The notes under the pieces are model-generated. The model was not told where the DNA came from. It saw only the letters and a list, made by a program, of their open reading frames with translations, and searched no databases. A stretch of 63,316 bases of DNA, filler included, from Choristocarpus tenellus KU-1152 (lineage: Eukaryota; Protista; Phaeophyceae): assembly GCA_964200185.2 (NCBI GenBank). It is 11 parts of 11 records of this genome, joined end to end, with 100 filler letters (N's around TTAATTAATTAA, not from the genome) between each part and the next. Parts side by side here need not be neighbours in the genome. Positions count along the whole stretch, not along the records: positions 29,615 to 38,922 come from CAXNAD020003794.1; positions 39,023 to 43,937 come from CAXNAD020012550.1; positions 44,038 to 53,114 come from CAXNAD020004014.1; positions 53,215 to 60,168 come from CAXNAD020006982.1; 7 more parts are not named here. One strand, given 5' to 3'. Below are positions 37,433-53,298 of this stretch, piece by piece. Both the position numbers and the translations under genes were made by a program. Position 1 is the stretch's first letter; each line of letters opens with the position of its first letter.

Positions 37433-39289
37433 ATTGTACAAGGGTTAAGTAAGGTGAAACATTCAGTGTGAGTTCTGTTAACTTTTGTTAAACCTTTTGT
37501 GATACTGTCTTGTGAAAGATACCACACCTTCAAATGGGGACAAGAACTGCGGTTACTTCGAGAGACCCAAAACACAAGGGTGAAGGTAGAAGGTAGGCGA
37601 AAACAAGCAGGGTGGAAATTCACTCGCCTTGACCCCGAACTGATTGGTGAAGCCCATGCTGTTCTTGAGCAACTCGAAGGCGGTAGTTGGATTAGTTGCC
37701 CAGAGGACAGTAAAGTGCTGCACACTACGAAAACTGATTGAAGACTGCAGGGAGATATGTTCAGGCAGAGGAGGAGGCAATGTGGAGACAAGTGCAGAAG
37801 GCGTCAGGAAAGGAAGATTATTCAAATTGAACAATAAAATTTGAAAAGAAGGGGCCATAATCGCATGATCGAAAATGCAGTTTTGCAGTGTTTGAAACAA
37901 CGCTCTACTAGCATCAGCAAAAACCAGATGAGTAAAGAATAAAAATATAATGTTGTCAAAAACCAGATGTATAATTGATGTGTGCAACTACACCCAGTTC
38001 CACTTAAAGAAAAAAAATATATTGTTGTCGCCAAGAAGCAACTCACGCTGACTGTAGACAGCTTGTGACGTTTCCAAACCTCGACAAGTAGGTCTTCAAA
38101 CTCCCGAGTTTCTGAGGTAGAGGACATATTATCGGATGAGGACAGGGATACTGTTGAGTTGCGATTGTCTCGTTTGATTTTCCTGCCATACGGTGTTGAA
38201 GGCCAAAGCAATGACGGTGTTGAAAAAGGATTGTCTTGGTTCCACAAAGAGAAGAAAAAAAACATCATCTCTATTAAAACATAGGCTGCTCTTTCATTTC
38301 ACTCATGGAGTCAGTAGAGGGTCATCAACTACTGTTGGCTGCTGATTTATCCACTAACTAGTCTGTATCACCCAGTGCGCAAGCAGCTAGATCACACCTG
38401 TACCGCCACAGGCGGTATGTGTGCATTACTTACTGTTGCACATTGTGTGACCATAAAACTTATCACTCATGGAATTAGCAAGCATTTCTTTAACACCAAG
38501 GAGGGTTTCCCACTGCTTACCTCACTGCCAGCTGCTGCTGGAGAAGAGTGCAACATGATTTGACTCAGAATTAGACAGAAGTGCCATTTAGTTTTTCTCA
38601 CATAAGAAGCAATAGTATATTTATATTTTTTACGTTATTGGCATCGCCCCCACTTTCACCGTATATTCACTCAGCTTTAAGAGTACTCGATACACAACAT
38701 CTACAACATATGTTCATGACATATATTCAGGGTTAATAATTCTACAACCTTCCTCGCAAGGTAACAAGCCTCTGCACAGAACATGTATCATTATCATTAA
38801 ACAAACTAAGGAACAGCACCAAATAACACAGCAAAGCGCCAGAACACCATGCTAGGGAAGCCGAGATGGGCTCGAGAACGAACCTGGCCGAGGACAATTC
38901 CAGGGACTCTGACGCAGAATTGNNNNNNNNNNNNNNNNNNNNNNNNNNNNNNNNNNNNNNNNNNNNTTAATTAATTAANNNNNNNNNNNNNNNNNNNNNN
39001 NNNNNNNNNNNNNNNNNNNNNNCCCACACACTGTCCTACTACCACCTTCGGCATGGATTCCCATTCAAAAAGTGACGCAACATTTACAAAAAAAAACATA
39101 CGGGCACTTTCCGTGCCATTTTGGGTCAAACCCATCCTCCATGGTATGCTCCATCCTCAATTTTGCTTAGAGGCTGTGAATAGTTGATGTCAGCAGATAA
39201 TCACTCGCTCAGTCAACAATCATTACCGTTAACACCCCCTGTTATGTAAATGTTCCGTCAACATCGTCGCCTGTTTCCATCTGTTTCAC

Positions 39290-39500
39290 ATAACGTGGAA
39301 TTGGATTGCATTTTTTTGTTGACTTCTGCTTTTCGAACACTCTTAGATCCCCTTCTCTGAATATGCTTTCTTTGAAACATTTCTGAACATCCTAGGATTA
39401 GATGGATATTCTACACCCCATCGAATAGCCTCACTCACCCCCCTCATTCCACCATACATCTCTTCTGAGTTACCAATTGTCACAAAAAAGTTGAGATAAC
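39290..39500 (+). repeat. Diverged dispersed repeat, second copy at ~44371-44605
   Basis: Collinear motifs ACGTGGAATTG..., TTTGTTGACTTCT, ACATCCTA.GATTA, CCTCACTCAC.CCCCTCA.TCCACCATA.ATCTCTTC in both places. Confidence 0.7.
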
Positions 39501-39876
39501 ATACGTGTTAACGCCAAAATAGAATATATTTAAAAGGAGACTTCAAAGAAAGCAGACAACATCGAAAATTCCATTTCAGTTCCATCTTTCAAATACAATG
39601 CCCCAAATTTTCCATTTCTAGGAAATTTCGAACTGAATTCCAAAGTTCAAACTGGGTTTTAGAAGTTCACTGTTACCATGTATGCACGACAGGTGGTACT
39701 GGTAATGTACAGATAGATAGACATACGGAGGCCCTATCCTACAGCTACCGTGTAACAGGGTATCTGTACTACCAGCTATGTTACACCACTCCCTTCCGAT
39801 CCCTCCAACCCAGGGCAAGGACCTAGGGAAGCATCCCAAGAATATGACGGGCCCCTCCTTGCTCATCTCCCTGGTG

Positions 39877-40105
39877 TCTCAGCTTGAAACGCATGACACG
39901 TCTTGATATAATCACTTGTGTTGTGATGGACACTATCCGTCGTAAACGGGATTTGACAGCTCCTTTCCTGCTGTAGCCTCCCGCCCTTCTCCCCCCTACT
40001 GTGTGTGTAGCCAACTCATCCAGAAAACTTTCTGGTTACTTGCCGAGGGGCCCAAAATTTTCCACCACGAAGGATGTTGAGGTTAAAACTACAAGGGCCA
40101 AAAGA
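39877..40105 (-). mobile_element. 3' remnant of an RLE-type (CRE-like) non-LTR retrotransposon
   Basis: TSFVVENFGPLGK*PESFLDELATHTVGGRRAGGYSRKGAVKSRLRRIVSITTQVIISRRV resembles the (V)E(S/T)FGxxG C-terminal segment after the restriction-like endonuclease. An in-frame stop is present. Confidence 0.6.
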
Positions 40106-40727
40106 ATTCGAGATGGAGTCTACCTGTCCCTACCCACACTGTTCACCAGTGACAAGCTCAGCTCTTAATGCATAGTTCCTTTACATTGCAGTTACTTGTT
40201 ACATTGTACGCATTATGCTCTTGATTGACAAAGTAATTGTGTAGGGTACTTTAGCCGTCGTGATTTAGAGTCGCATTATGTAATAATGTTGCACAGCAGG
40301 TAGGTGGAGCTCTCACAAGGCATGTAGGTTTGACTAGGCACAGGATACACATGGATGGGTGGGTATCTAATCTTGACATACATGGCGATACACACCCATA
40401 ACGGAGAAATAGTTTGCACACAGAGAAACAAGAAACAAACTGTACACAGGTAAACATGTGAGAAGCCACACAAGAAAGGTCTAACATGTTTTAGATTCCC
40501 ACACAAACTCCAACTACTCCCTCCATAAGTCGGAGCACAATTCACAGCTAGAACCTCACTTCACTCAGTACTCAGGTTTGCAATAAATCTTGTTAAAATA
40601 CCACTATGATATCTTTCACAATCGATTCAGCTAAACACTTGACATCCAAAGGAAAGGTCAGGAAGAGAAATGGGCAAATTCTCCACACCATCGGAAAGCT
40701 AATGTGATAACATCTAAGGTGCTACCC

Positions 40728-43371
<2,644 letters not shown>

Positions 43372-43829
43372 CTTTAAAGTCAATGATCGGCATAGTTAAA
43401 CTTTAACTATATATATATATATGTGCATAGGAAGGTATGGAAAATAATTTGAAACTTGCGATACGCCTTCCTAGATGGAGAGCAATCAAGAAAGGGGTTA
43501 GTCAATCCAGGGTATGCGTACCTTTTTTTATTTTATTTTATTTATGAAGAGAGGTGTGCAGTCTGAAAATCGACTTTCTCACAGGAAGTGAGTCCAATGG
43601 CTACATGGTGGTAAATCACCCAACACCTTGATAATCTCGTGTATTCTCCATGCTCTAGGGGGTACTCCCCACTCTCTCCAACAGTCCATTCTGACCAAGA
43701 GTCACCAATCAAGCCCCATGAGGGGACAAATATCAAGCTCCAAATCAACACAACAATGATCAGTCACACTTTCACCAAGCAGCACGGTTCCCACTACACT
43801 TCCTCCTCTCAACACCACATTTCCCACTC

Positions 43830-43871
<42 letters not shown>

Positions 43872-45194
43872 ACCACCAACATAATGGTGTGGTGTATATC
43901 TTGGTCCCCCCCCCCCCATGTGGCAAGTGTCCCCCGCNNNNNNNNNNNNNNNNNNNNNNNNNNNNNNNNNNNNNNNNNNNNTTAATTAATTAANNNNNNN
44001 NNNNNNNNNNNNNNNNNNNNNNNNNNNNNNNNNNNNNCCCCCCAAGATACTTTGACCCTACATCTGCAAAATGTCAGAGGGCATAATAATAAAATATAAT
44101 TAGAATACTTTGTGGTGATGTGTCATTCATTCTATCCAACAAGAAGTCAGATGGACTTGGGCACATTCACTGCGTCCATGTGTTGAAGCAATTTAAAGAC
44201 ACGAAATGACGAATGAAAAAAAGTCGTTAGGTTTAAAAATGTGATGTAAACAGAGAATTTCGCGGGGGAAGAGTTTTTTCAAAACTGAAACATGACCTTT
44301 TTGTTTCTCACAGGGATCTTCTCTGGGTGTAAATATCATAATAGTGTTGAGAATCATTGTATTTAGTTTTACGTGGAATTGAATAGCTTTTCTTTGTTGA
44401 CTTCTTTACGCATTTCAAAAACTTTTCGATTTCCTTCAGTGAATGTGCTTTCTTTGATAACGTTTTCTCAACATCCTAAGATTATATCATTATTCAACAC
44501 CCCGTTGAACAACCTCACTCACTCCCCTCACTCCACCATAAATCTCTTCAAAGCAAAAATCACCTTTTCTGAGTAACCAGTTGCCACATAAGGGGTGAGA
44601 CAACATTGCATGGCCTTGCAATGTAACTGACTTTGCTTTTCCAAGCATATTTTGGTCCCAGTTGGATACACTATACATTCTATTTCGCATAATCCTCTCT
44701 ATTTTTGTCTGTGTACTTATGTTCCATCACCGTGCCTCCTCCTTTGGCCAAACCGTGTACTTGGTCAGTCACAACATCTGATGCTGCTCATTTTGCGTGT
44801 CCCATGCCACCCCCAAAAAAATTGCATTGCTTCTCAAGCCAGGAAGACAATGGCGGACACTATAGACCTCAATGAAGGAAGTTAAATTGCTCAGATGGAG
44901 ACCTGCCGTGACCATACTGAAGAGAATGTCAGACTTCCACTTGATAATGATGTCTATTGCGACAATCCTGGACAGGACGTCGGTCCTGCCAAACATTGTA
45001 TGGATGACACAAAGGGCACTGGTGCTTAACGTATGCAGCCAAATCACCCAAAAATCGCGACATGAAAAAATTGACCCAAAATGGACGGCCGCCACTCCCC
45101 TCCCAAATACTTTGAGACGTTTCAGCACCATCTGCAGACAAAGATTGGGAATCGAAGCATTGGGATGTTAAGCAGGCTTTTGTACAAGCAGAAA

Positions 45195-45760
45195 TTAGTT
45201 TTGATATTGCGTGTATTCATATGCTGATGCTAGTTATGCTGGACATTGTAATGATCGTAGATCAATTACTGGAGAAGTCATAATGTTTGCTGGAGGAGCA
45301 ACATGTTGGATGTCGAAGGTCCAAAAGCACTAAGCTCTGTCCTCAACTGAGAGTGAGTGCATAGCCCTTAACAGTGTGTCACAGGAATTGCTTTTCATGC
45401 AAAGCGTTTTGGAGTTTATTCAGCCAAAGTTCCCTAGACGTTGCATTGAGATGTTTGAGGATAACGATGGTGCATGAAAACTAGTAGGAAATACCGCAAG
45501 CTCTACTAGAACAAGCACATTGATACCCGACACCATTTTTTTGAGGGACCTAGCTAGAAAAGAGAGATTGGTGTTGTTTTTGTTGGTATTGCAAACCAGA
45601 GGGCTGATGTGTTGACCAAGAATTTGCCAGTAAGAATTATTAGAAAACAGTTGTGAAGTTTTGATGAGCACGTAGTGGGCTAACATGTGTTTGTGTGTTT
45701 TGTTTTGTTGACAAGGAGTTAATGCTTACTTTCAGCAAAGGGAGGATGTCGAATATCTAG
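45195..45760 (+). mobile_element. Ty1/copia remnant: degenerate RNase H, polypurine tract (45734-45746) and LTR start TG at 45747
   Basis: YADASYA...DRRSITG...WMSKVQ..ALSSTESECIA...FEDNDGA* with stops and frameshifts, then AGCAAAGGGAGGA|TGTCG. Confidence 0.85.
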
Positions 45761-46009
45761 TGTTATACTTACGTTGTGTGTGCTGATATACAGGCACATA
45801 ACACAGTTTCATCTACGGTTATCTTTAGGTCGGTGCAATACAAAGTAGTAACGTACGTAACGGTAATATGAGTCAGTCTTTGGTCGTACGTCAGTGATAA
45901 TGGATGACTAAGACAGAAGATTGGCGGCTAATGAAAAAGTCAGTGTATGTTCACCATGTAACCCACCAGCAGGTTCTGGCGACAAGCCTTTCCTGTGCGA
46001 AACTATTCA

Positions 46010-47340
46010 ACAAGGTAGGCAGGCCCATCTTCGACGTTCAGACAATGCCCAACATCACACTAGAAAATATATATACAATCTAGTGTTAACTTCTTTCACG
46101 GTTACAAAATACCAACGTCGCACCACAATAGTTAGTAGGAACATCAGAAGAAGCATCGATAAGTGGTGCAACATAAATAGTTTGTAATAGCGAAGGAAAT
46201 TCAACTTAAAGTGATGCATTTTCTTACCGTTCATTGGTTATGTACATTAGAAGACTCTAATTGTCGATATGTGGTGCGATGTAGGTATTTTGTAACGGCG
46301 AAGGAAGTTTAACGATAGAGCCTTATATTTTCTAGTGTGATGTAGGTATTTTCGGAGTATCGAAGATGGGTCTTCTTGTGAGATTGGTGCATTTCCGATG
46401 TCATGAGCTGATTTTGTAAAGGTTTGAAGGATAGGAACATTAGGAGACTTCTAGGTGTCAATAAGTTTTTTTGTAACGTCGAAGGAAGTTGAACATCGGA
46501 GTGTATATATTTTATTAGTTTCGATGGTTAGGAACATTAGGAGACTTCACGTATCGATATGTGGTGCGACGTAGATATTTTGTAACAGCGAAGGAAGTTC
46601 AATGTTAAGAGTACATATTTTTCTAGTATGATATAGGCAGTATCTGATAATCGAAGATGGGCCTCCTTATGAGATTGGTATATTTCTGGGCATCGGTAAA
46701 GGCGCATGTCTCACAAAGAGACCAATCTTCGATGCTCCGTCAATGCCTACATCACACTAGAGTAATATATATACTCTATGCTGTTGAACTTCTTTCGCTG
46801 TTACAAAATATTTGTTACGCACCACTTATCGACGCTTCTCCTAATTTCCTAACGATCGAACCTTTACAAAGTCAGCACATGGCATCAGAAATGCAGCAGT
46901 CACACAAGGAGGCTCATCATCGATGCTCAGACAATGCCTACATCACACTACATAAAAAAAAATACTCTCAAATGTTGATCTTTTCTTGCCGTTACAAAAT
47001 ACCTACATCGCACAACATATCGACACTTGGGGATCTCCTAATGTTGCTAACCATCGAACCTTTACAAAATCAGCACATCGCATCAGAAAAGCACAAATCG
47101 CACAAGGAGGTCCATCTTCGATCCTCCGAAAATGCCTACATCATACTACAAAATTAATACACTCCAGTGTTGAACTTCGCCGTTACAAATTATATAGGTT
47201 GCACCACTCATCGATGCTTCTCCCAATGTTCCTATCCTTCGAACCTACAGAAAATCAGCACATAGCATCAGAAATACACCAATCTCACAAGGAGATCCAT
47301 CTTCGATACTCAGATAATGCCTACATCACACTAGAAAGAA
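46010..47340. repeat. ~190-bp diverged satellite-like array with two orientation switches (~46130, ~46700)
   Basis: CATCTTCGAT.CTC.GA.AATGCCTACATCACACTAGA forward at ~46025, 46723, 46914, 47112 and 47297; reverse-complement copies at ~46330-46370 and ~46620-46660. Confidence 0.8.
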
Positions 47341-49698
47341 TATGTACAGTCTAATCGCGCTAATTCCTACATCAGAGCCTCACACCGACTTTCTCTGGCT
47401 TGCATACATCCAACATAACACAACCGACATCCAATCCCCAACAACAAATACGCTCAACTTTCGCACCTCTTCCTCAAGGAAGAGAGGAGTTGGCAGACCT
47501 ACAAATCGGAGAACGCATCAGGCTTGTAGGAAATCCAGATCTGACGAATATTGCTCAACAATTTTGCCCCACGCTTGTCAATCAGTATAGGCTAAACGAG
47601 GGGTAAAAGACATGTCCATATGGAACGATCTAGCTACCTGGTTCTTGGACAAGGACAAGAACTTGGCACCCATGGCAATGGTGCTGCGGGAGCTGCTATC
47701 TCACGAGAAGCGTGTCTGCACACCCAATCTTCAAGTCAAGACCTTCCTCGAACCCATCAAGAAGGATCTTAGGATAGAGCACGCACCTTTCAAGTGTACA
47801 ACTCTCAATGTCGAACTCCTCGCGAACGGGGTTTTGATCACGTACCTGCCTGGTCTCTCCGACGCAGTAAAGAGATGCAAACATCAAGGCCAAGATGATT
47901 TGATCTTCTGCCATGGAGTAGACCGATTCCCTTCGTGATCAGGACCGTCACAGTGAGGAGATCCAGACTAGGGCCGTTATGTTTGTTGACGATATTCGAG
48001 GCTCATCCTCTTCATTCCACGACCAGCAGTTCTCAACATTAACCAGTATCAGGTTCATAAGAGTGTCGCCCTCAAGCAAATGTGTGTCTTCTGGTCAAAG
48101 TTCGAAATCGAAGCCTCCCTCTTTTCATCGCTCAACACAAACCATGCCATAACAATCACCCTACTCGTTAATCATACATATATAGTTCACTTTTTCCATT
48201 CTGCGCCTCCTCCTTCAAAGAGAGAAAAAGGACAGGGCCCAGGATCAACGTCAGAAGAGATAACTCAATGTGTTGCTACAAAACGTACAACATCCGGAAA
48301 CATCCGCTCTCGGCATCACCGTGTGGGAGAGCAAGAGTACTACCGTGCCCACGATCCGATAACTAAGCACGATTCGACCAGGGGCATGCACTTCTTGGAC
48401 CCGCACACCAACAAGAGAGTTTGTCAACCAGAAGCACAGCAACAACATGCTCAGAGGTATCACATACACGCTTTCAATAGTGAAGCCTTGGATAGTTCTT
48501 CCTTTAAATGGTTTCACATATACGTCATGCCCACGGAGTAATGACTTTCTCCTCCCTCAGCTCGCTCTCTTCATCCTCCTTGGTGATATTCAACCTCAAA
48601 TTCTTCATCCAGGCGAATTTGCAGCTTAAGTCAGGGATAGCGACTAGGCCTTTGTATTCTTCCCCTTTCTTAATTCTGCCCCTTGCCCGCATTCTTTCCG
48701 AGCTTTCACTCCCTATAATCCAGTCTGTGTGGAAGCCCTTCAAACCCCATTGCGATACCCCTGTGCGAGATCACTTGTATCTCGTCAACAGGTGTGTCAA
48801 TCTGAGACAGTGGGGTGTGCACAGTTCCAAGGTATCATATGGAAACATCCGTTGCTTCATTGGACGTCATCAGGTCGAGTTTTATTCCCAACCCCATCGT
48901 TCAATCCCCAAACTGATCTCTAAACTTCTGGGCATCACCAGGCAATCCTAGGACCCCCCTAAAGACGAGGAGTATACATGCAGGGGTTCTGATCATCCCA
49001 ATGCACTACTAATCATCGTTAGATTACGAGTTGTGAGCTTTCGCTTAGTCATTATCCATCCATACTGTTGCAAAGTCCTCAGAACTTCAATTGTGATGTC
49101 CCCATCCAGGATTACATACCTCCTGACTTACTTAGAAATTGTGGAAAACCCACATACAAGAATCAGTTGCTTCATTGGACATCATTAAGTCAAGATTATA
49201 GCACGCCAGAGTTCACAACCCTAATACAGATGGCTCAATTTCTAAGCGGTACTGTGCAACCTAGGACGCCCTTTTTTGGATGTGAAGTTAATGGAATCCC
49301 ACGATCCTGATCTTTCCAATACACTAATAGTTGCCGTTGATAGATTATGAGGTGTTCACTGATTGAGTTGAGGAGACACAAACTGAAATTTTGCTCTCAA
49401 AAAAATGAAAAAAAAGTTCTATCTTAATATGTATACAAAGTGCCTATTCAACAAATGGTCGTTATCTCGATCGGAAGGCGTTTTGCTGACGTGTGGTATA
49501 TTCAAAGTGAGGCTCAGACACGTATGGTATTGTCACACATAAGCAGACCCAAGAGACGCGGCAACTAGGTGAATCTGTAGAGAAGAGAAAAAGGCAAGCT
49601 CTTACTTCTTTGCGTTCTTGTTTAAACTGCTTATTCACAACGTTCCTTTGCCCTCGTGGGTCACGCGAGTTGGGAACAACTGTATTTTCCAAGAAGCG

Positions 49699-51585
49699 AT
49701 GCCTCCCAAATTTATATCCTTAGTAGTAGCTTTGTCATCAGCCGCTTCCTCTGCGGACGCCTTCCAGGCAGTGACTGCTGGGAATATGCCGCCAGTAGGA
49801 AGCGCTGTACCCCGAATTTTGCCTCGAGAAGCAAGAGGGAAGCTGGAGGTCGATGCAGGATGGCTTGCAAACAGGCGAGAGTGCACTATCTTATAGCTGT
49901 AGTTCGCCATGGTTTTCACCATCTCGCTCTAATCTACGTCTGCAGCCCAATAATGATCTCTCAGTCCGTTCTTACTTTCTCTCCTGGTAGATTATCTGTA
50001 CCTGAAAACTATGTTGTACTTTCGAATTGACATCGTCCTCTATACACGATCCGGTTTCCCAAACGCGAACCCCACCTTCCAGCTTCGTGCCTCGAAAATA
50101 CAAGTCACCGTGGTGGGCTCGAAACCCTCACGTCTCTACCATCATTGGATCGGGAGAAGTCCAGCGAAAGTTCTTCGGTAGGGGTGGGCCTAAGGTATAA
50201 CTGACCGGATTGGAACAATCTTGAGATTTGTTTAGTGTGGTGGTTTTGGAGAAGACATGTTGTACCCTGACGCCATTCACGACTGGAAAAACGCCGATTT
50301 TCCTCCTCGACCGTCTTAAGAAGGTTGAAAAACGTCCCCAATGATAGTCCTGAAAGGGAAACTTGCTTAGAACCTTGAAAAACTGCTGGAAATCGACTTT
50401 AGATTGTGTCACACTTGAGCAAACAGAGACTGATCGCCATCGATACGATTTCCAGTCCGTGCTCCAAGGAAAACACACGAACCCTTTTACACCGCATATA
50501 ACAACTGTTCCGTTAGAGGGAGGATGTCGTTTAGGGCTTCCAAAAGTCTGGGCGGATATCTCTCGAGGAATATGTTGGTAGGTTGCATGTGAATCTCTTC
50601 TATTCCCTATTCAGTGCACGGGGGTGTTTATTTGGGGTTAGGAGGACTAACAGGGGCTTACAAAGACCTGCTAAGTCAATCTATTTCTGTAGGGGTATAC
50701 GTTCGATCAGATGAGCTTCTGAGGTGTTTCCCAGTGTCGCCTCCAGTTCTCACCACCTCATGAACCCCCTCCTTAAACCTACAATCTATCCATTGCAAAC
50801 CGTTTGAACACCAAGAGGTCCTTGTCTAAACAGGTGTTGCTGGAGTTTATTACAAGTGCTGATGAGAGTAAAAGAGGGGACTTGGGCTTCTATTTGTTGG
50901 ATGATTGATGCATAATACAGAGGAACAGAAGATGTAGTATTGCAATGTCAATAACAGATCCTTACTCAACGATCACACTGACAAAATTGCAGCAGATAGT
51001 AACCCAATCTAGGTAATGTTCGAGACATCTCCTTAGAACTGCACAATGGGCTGAATGACATATGCAAGAAAGGGTGGGGTTCTTTCACTCTGAGGAAGTT
51101 AATGAGCAAATGAATTTGTGTACAGTTGTGAACTCTTGTGTTTGGATTCAACATGTAGTTGAAGTGCATAGTACAAGTATTGTTAGGTAGCCCCCCACAC
51201 CCCTGTGCTTAGTACAACTCACAAATGCAGACATATTAGCCTGCTGGTCAAGTACTGTATTTGCTACCAACTAACACATCTTGCAATATGAACAAAAACA
51301 CACATGGGCCCACACACAAACACCACAACCACAATGAGCAGGAGCACACACTACTGACTGATTATTATAATGTATTATTATTATTATTATACAGGTGAAC
51401 TATCGCCGTGAAAGATGGAGTACTCCAGATGGTGACTTCTTGGATGTCGACTTTTTGGAAGCATATAAACTGCAGGGGGAGAATCAGGAGGGAGGGGCAA
51501 TCGTGGAGTCTGCGCCCATTGCGATCCTTACTCATGGGCTAGAGTCAACCAGTTCTGCTCCACTTACAGCCAAGATGGCCCTGGC
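49699..51585 (+). CDS. Alpha/beta hydrolase (YheT/ABHD1-3 type) with signal peptide + AF plastid-targeting motif, 5' part. Exons 49699-~49874, 50083-50194, 51395-51585
   Basis: MPPKFISLVVALSSAASSADAF; FVPRKYKSPWWARNPHVSTIIG; YRRERWSTPDGDFLDVDF...PIAILTHGLES. Confidence 0.82.
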
Positions 51586-53298
51586 GTGAGTAGATGCAGA
51601 TAGATTGAGGCAGGGATAAGGTGTGGGTCGAAATTTATGATAAGGCGGGGTATGTTTGGAATGACCTACGTTTGCTGTTGGGAATGTAGGCAAGAGGTGG
51701 TGGCTGGATGTGAATGGGGAGCAGGTCTCAGTTCTGTTTTTCTTGCCTGTGATGGCCAGCAGGTCAAGTATGAGACACAAATGAGTCAGTAAAATATCGT
51801 ACTGTTGGTGACTTTTGTTCACAATAGGCCATGATATAGAGGAAGGTAGTCGAACACCAAGTATAGTTTGTATCGGTTCAGTTGGAGACTTGCCTGTGCG
51901 CAAGCGTTTAACTTAGGTGTTGTCATCTATCAACAAAGCACTTTGGAGGACAGTACCGCTGTATTTTTGGTAGCAATCACTTTGATCAACGGGTGAGGCT
52001 TAATTGATCACACCAAGGTTGACATGATGTTAGGTGCATACGAACACGCCATGCCAGGTAATCCCCTTTTTTTGCTCTTGTCTTGTTTGTGCATCATGGT
52101 TTACATGTCAGTTTGTGTCAAGGAAAGAGTGCTAACTGGTATATAGTACTAGTATTCTTTTGCACCATTTGAACACGCCTTCATTGGTGAAAATTTTGTT
52201 CGTTATTGATATTGTATATTGGTCAGATGTCGTGAGGTATCAAGAAAGGATTGCAATGAATTCTTCTCTAACTTTTTTCTCACTCTGTACTCCAAGTCGG
52301 ATTTTTTTTCTACAAAAAAATGTTTGGGCTCAGCACTTGTGACACTTCTTTCTTGTTTAATATCATTGTTCAACTCATTGTGTGTTGGAAGCAACACCTC
52401 TTCATTTTAGGTGCATATAAGAGGCTTTGACTGCACTGTGTCAATAGTGTCACAATACACATGGTACTCCATAGCAGTGAATGCAATGTTAGTGACAATA
52501 GTATTCTTAGGAACGAGAAAGTATCGAGCACCTGCGTCTGGGTTTCCACTTCACAACCCGCCACAAGCACAACCTTGAAAAAAGTCTCCACTCCCTGACC
52601 TAGGGGGTTTGGTACATTGAAGTAGGTAAATCACAAGAACATTTTTCTTTGCCCATTATATCCCATACGTAACCAGCCAGTAAGTAAGTGCCCAGCACAC
52701 GACAAGGTATCTCCTCCAAACTATTTTACTGTTCACTGTCTACGCTACTATATCCTGGTTTTGGTGTCCTGGGGGTGGTTGGATTGACTGCAGCTTCCAA
52801 GAGGCGGGCTTCAGGGTGGCTGTGATGTGCTTCAGGAGCTGTTCCGGGGAGGACAACAGGGTGCTTGGGGCTTACCATTTGGGGTTCACCGATGACTTGG
52901 ACCTTGTTGTCAGGACACTCGGGACCAGGTAAGCATGGCAATGGCGTAGTGATAATCACACAACGTAAGGGGTGAGTTGGAGGTTTGCAGTGCTTGGAGG
53001 GCGTTTGCAGTAGTCTGATGAAGTATTGACATGAACGAATCATGATTGTGTTGAGGCAATTGTGTGCAGTATGATGTATATGTAACAGAATGTACTTGGG
53101 GGAGTAAGCGGGGGNNNNNNNNNNNNNNNNNNNNNNNNNNNNNNNNNNNNNNNNNNNNTTAATTAATTAANNNNNNNNNNNNNNNNNNNNNNNNNNNNNN
53201 NNNNNNNNNNNNNNAATTACCATCGAAAAAGTTAGAGACCCCGAATGCTGATTTGGGGCCGGGGATTCCGTGCTTGAATGTAATGTTGGCACTCTTAC

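Noticed and set aside
48740-49330. Diverged ~340-bp tandem duplication upstream of the hydrolase gene
   Set aside because: Similarity is visible (GTTGCTTCATTGGAC.TCAT, CCTAGGAC.CCC), but there are no termini, ORF or structure to support a function.
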